A stretch of 64,000 nt of DNA. Origin: Phoronis australis. Its lineage: Eukaryota > Animalia > Phoronida. The notes under the pieces are model-generated. The model had not been told where the DNA came from. It searched no databases and saw only the letters and a list, made by a program, of their open reading frames with translations. Shown one piece after another: positions 59,851-64,000 of the stretch (positions within the stretch are counted from its first letter, which is position 1; each line of letters starts with the position of its first letter). The translations under genes were made by a program, and so were the position numbers. The stretch is from the NCBI GenBank assembly GCA_002633005.1, contig NMRA01000350.1:379642-443641 (forward strand), read 5' to 3'.

Positions 59851-62800
59851 AGTTCCTGTACATTTAAACTGCTGAAATCGAAATTATTTACATGGACCTT
59901 CGCTGGTTTCCGACAAGATGATCTTCGAAATTGTACNACTGACGGCGTTTTCTCGGCCTGGGTTCCTGAATGAATTGTACTTCCGGGTTCGCGGCAAGTT
60001 CAAAATGGCGGTGTTTCTTCGGGTGCGAATCGTGAGTGGCGCGTTCATTTAAATTGTTTTCGAGTACGGATCGTGTATTAGTTATGGGCTAGGTACTTCT
60101 TGGATCCTTATAACATCTTCTAACCATGTAATAAGGGTTAACAACGCGTGAGACAAGGACTTTAATTGCACAACTGGGGCAGGCAGAAAGGGAACATTTT
60201 TCAATGTGCTTACGCAATAGCGTATGTACAATGATCCGCTGTCATTTCACATGGTTTGGACGTTGTCTATAATTATTAAATGCGAGGATGCTCAGACAGT
60301 CTTTGTATAAAAGAATCATGCTGATCCAGTTTGCGATCTGATTTCGTGCAAATGCGACATATGTGAGTGATTCACAATTTGGCTTTTATCGCCCATGTTG
60401 ATGACATTAAGATTTTTTTTCATGAAACGTGCACGTCATTTATAAGCCGCCCTTGCACCTTCAAAACCATTAATTTAATTACTTATTGTGTCTGAATTTA
60501 AAAACAATTACCTAATACAACTTTCCATTGCAAGGCACTTCAGCACCAAAACATTCGGCTCCGGCCAAACACATTAAATAACGCAAGAGTAGGTTAACAA
60601 GGAAAACACCAGAATTGAGCGTCGTATTAGGAATTCAGTTTGTTTTAGAAGAAATATATCAATAATATGTTTCCGATTTTTGCGAAAACTATAAGCCGAA
60701 AGATAACAAAGGCTGTCACGTATGACGTGCAGTGTATGTACCGGTTAGACTTGCATGTATAAAGATGGTCTGGTACATGAGAAAACGTTTACGTCACGTG
60801 CCGAATACATGTACTTCAGAAATTGGTGAGGTTCCCTTATGTGTCCGAAACTTTGGTGATCAAAAGAGGGTGGTTTTTATTCATGATAATTTGTTAGGAT
60901 GACAATGAGTACATATTTAGATATTATAAAGCTCTGATAATATACAGTATATATAAAGAACCGCAGCACTAGCGGCCTTTCTAGATGTTTTAAATTAGTT
61001 AATCAAGCTAAAACCTTTGGTTGGAATTTTCAGTTACCATATTTTGTTAGTTGCTGAGTAGTTTCTTCACGCACGTGTTATGTCCACGAGTATTGTATAG
61101 TATATTTATGGCCTTTTCAGGGTTATAATGAGTTCAAAAGAGGTATTTTATCAGGTAATACTTACGCCCATTTGAAGGTTCTGCACTAACACTATATTCA
61201 TAAGCGGATTTAGGGGACGGGAAGGGAGTTCGTACCTCTCTCCCATCAGACAAGTCAAATCCATGAATTACATTGTAGTATTTTCTGTCATTATATCTGG
61301 AAACCTATCATGTCCCGTGAATGAGAATGTCTTTGTAAAATCACCACTTTTTGCGTTACCATCAAGCCGTGGTCGAAACATTTTATTGATAGCCTTTGAT
61401 GAGTGGTATGGCTCGAACTGGCTTTCTCTAACGCAACCTTCGCAACGTCCACCAGCTTTCAAAAATACGCTGAGATCTACGTTTTGGCCACCGCAAAAAA
61501 TTCGGCCTGTGACAATGTAGGACACATTTCCAGAAATTCCCGGTCTATCATGTATAAGTTCTGGTAGACTTTGGTTAAAAAAGCAATGTCATGTTCTACA
61601 ACGCTTTAGCGAACTGCTGACTTGAGCGTGTGCACAGTAACCGTTTGGTAAGACAACTATCGAAATGAATCGTGGATCCCTAATTCCGGAATTCAACTCT
61701 CACAGTCCATAGAGGTAGGAAACGCATTGCACATGATTCAGCAATAACTCTAACGTTTTTCATATGGCTGCTAACAGCTTTCTGAGCTGACTGGAACAAG
61801 TTAAACCTACTCAGCTTTCCGAACAAAAATTTCATGCAACGTCACTCTGGTTTTATAACGGCTAATGGTGATCCATGATTTTGATGTAAAAGAGTAATTA
61901 TCAAGACAGCACGGGGGGGGGGGCAAATGTCTTACCGATATGCAGCATTGTGGGTAATACTACAAAGCCATTGAAGACGCTTTGGTATTTCGGGAAAAAA
62001 CTATTATTCGAACATGATTCACCCCTTATGTGAAAAATATAGCGCGAGGATTCTTAACTGCTGGAGACAAATCTGGGTAGAATTTCAATCTGTCACGTTT
62101 TGAGAAAAATTGGCTTCCACTTTTAGTGAATTACACGACAACTTGGGAAAAGACCACCGACCAACGACCATCGTGTGCAATCTGTGACATACACTGTACG
62201 TATTATGAGTTACTTTAAAATTTCTTTCTGCCTTTAACTTGGAAGATTGACGCCAATGATGTATTAGCAGATGTCACAACGACGATAGGCTGAAGTAATA
62301 AAAACGGTTTGTAACCTTTTAAGCGACGAGGCAAATAGCAACTCCGCAAAAGTACTACGATGTTATGAAAGGTCCAATGTTTACAGTTTCGATATTGCTT
62401 TATCGATCACGTCAGGCAGAACACACGAAGACTTGTAAAACACAATGTTTGGCGAATCTTTTCATCGTTACTAAATTCCAGTGAATAAAAACAGCCTAGA
62501 AATTAAACACAACACCCCTGGAAAGCTGGATGCAGATCATGGTGTCTGCTCGCAACATGTACATGTACATTGTGTATTGGTCTGTGAATAATTGATAAAC
62601 AGTACCCAGCTACGAACTTCAGTTTCTGTGCTTACACTATGGGAAATTTTGATTACTTACAATAAACAGAAAGAGAGGTAATATGGGCTTTCGTTGAAAC
62701 AAAACGCCACCCAACAGTGTTGGCCATTTTGTTAATCTGCACTGAAGCTGAGGGACACATATATGTAATGTGGTGTGCAACAATGCCCATCTGATCAGGT

Positions 62801-63005
62801 GTGATCGTTCTTTGTTAAATATCGGCAGTGCAAATTGTTTTCCTCATATTAATGATGAATCAATTTCGAATTAGGAATCGCTAATGAAGCAGCCACAAGC
62901 TGTCTAATTGTGTTTAATCAAGTTTTAATGCCTTAAATTACGCAAACTATTTTCAAATTCTTGTGTGCTCTCTTCTACGCTAGTCTCTAAGCCGTACTGT
63001 GTAAA

Positions 63006-64000
63006 ATGACAAGAGGCAATGATGTGTTTATGATGTACACCTTTCGTATGCCGACGTGGGGGCGAGTGTTGTATTACTTAGGATATGGCATAGTTATTGT
63101 CATGGGACTGTTCGGAAACTCTTTTGTCATAGCAGGCGTGATTAAGAATGTAAAGCTGAGAACTTCCACCAACATACTTGTTTGTAACCTTTGCATTGTC
63201 AACATTATCATGTGTATTCCAACGTTTGTGTTAGTACACACGTTTGTCACGATGGAGGTACCATATTTCAAAGTTGTATCCCTCCTTGGACTACAGGTTG
63301 TGATCTATGCCACCGGCAGCGTTTCCATATGGACGTCCGCCGCCATCTCTGTTCTCCGTTGTCGAGGTTTCGTGAGTATGTGGAAACTCAATATATCAAA
63401 ATGGATTATAGTGGTCGTTTTGGCAGTTATTTGGATGTTTTCTATTTTGATGGCGTTAGTGCCATTTTTTCTGGGAGTACCTGTACACGCTGTGCGTAAT
63501 TATGAGAAAAACGTAACTAATTCCTCATCGAACAGGAGAGGACCTTCAGGTGAAAATCGTTCTGGTTATGGTATATATCTCGGCATTGCTCTCGCGACGC
63601 AGGTAGTTCTCCCTGCCATCATCATGTGCTTGAATTATTCCAAAGTGAGTTGGACATTAAGAAATCATCTGAAAAACGTTAAAGGGTTCAAAACACGGGA
63701 TATGGAAATGAAGGACTTTAAACAATACCGGAGGATGAATCTCGTGCTGATCTTGACCGTGGTGTCGTTCATCTTATGTTATCTTCCAGTGATACTGTTC
63801 TGGTTTGTCAGAGAATTCTCGTCAATAATTCTAACACCGGAAACGCATGCGAAACTACACTTTGGGTTGTCACAGTTGTTCATTATTTCAGTTGCATGCA
63901 ATCCAATATTATACGGTTTTATGAACACGACTCTACGTCAGGAAATAAAGGCTATGAAGAAACAGGTCGTCAATCTCGTGTGCCAGAAGAAATTGCCAGC
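63006..64000 (+). CDS. Intronless class A (rhodopsin-like) GPCR, divergent; truncated at the window end
   Basis: Open frame of 331 codons from ATG 63006 (absent from the ORF track because there is no stop in the window). Seven hydrophobic segments with GLFGN (TM1), NILVCNL (TM2), SAAISVLRC (TM3), VIW..S...P (TM4), VLPAII...NY (TM5), FILCYLP (TM6), CNPILYGFMN (TM7). Candidate splice acceptor at about 62983. Confidence 0.9.
   Translation, partial: MTRGNDVFMMYTFRMPTWGRVLYYLGYGIVIVMGLFGNSFVIAGVIKNVKLRTSTNILVCNLCIVNIIMCIPTFVLVHTFVTMEVPYFKVVSLLGLQVVIYATGSVSIWTSAAISVLRCRGFVSMWKLNISKWIIVVVLAVIWMFSILMALVPFFLGVPVHAVRNYEKNVTNSSSNRRGPSGENRSGYGIYLGIALATQVVLPAIIMCLNYSKVSWTLRNHLKNVKGFKTRDMEMKDFKQYRRMNLVLILTVVSFILCYLPVILFWFVREFSSIILTPETHAKLHFGLSQLFIISVACNPILYGFMNTTLRQEIKAMKKQVVNLVCQKKLP

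Noticed and set aside
59960-60015. CTTCCGG and AAAATGGCGG (ETS/YY1-like) promoter motifs
   Set aside because: Next to an assembly N and not linked to a demonstrable exon; could belong to the GPCR or to a repeat, which cannot be decided here.
63850-63930. Opsin identity for the GPCR
   Set aside because: No retinal-binding Lys at the position six residues before the N of NPxxY.

Overview
AT-rich eukaryotic DNA, most likely from an invertebrate animal (GT-AG introns, microsatellites, many non-autonomous transposons, six single-N assembly joins). Seven protein-coding genes could be reconstructed by hand. (1) Two tandem 3-exon genes on the minus strand (about 6.2-10.7 kb and 12.9-15.5 kb) encode secreted prepro-proteins with a six-cysteine neurotrophin/Spaetzle-like cystine knot. 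The ORF track shows them only as fragments. Their signal peptides, introns and UTRs are conserved while the mature domains have diverged strongly. (2) Three paralogous giant coiled-coil genes (1427, 1326 and about 1095 aa), each with one coding exon, share an N-terminal NPRY(S/T)(D/N)DRYRYTLTHL domain that I do not recognise, and differ in which modules they carry. (3) A 6-exon gene encodes a secreted protein with a short coiled coil and two F5/8 type C (discoidin) domains; its first intron holds a 4.9-kb foldback element with about 1.4-kb inverted arms sitting in a (TA)n microsatellite. (4) A divergent intronless class A GPCR runs off the right edge. Intergenic and intronic DNA holds MITEs, a decayed THAP-domain transposon and palindromic repeats with hammerhead-ribozyme-like cores. 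All alignments and identities were done by eye; no database searches were run.
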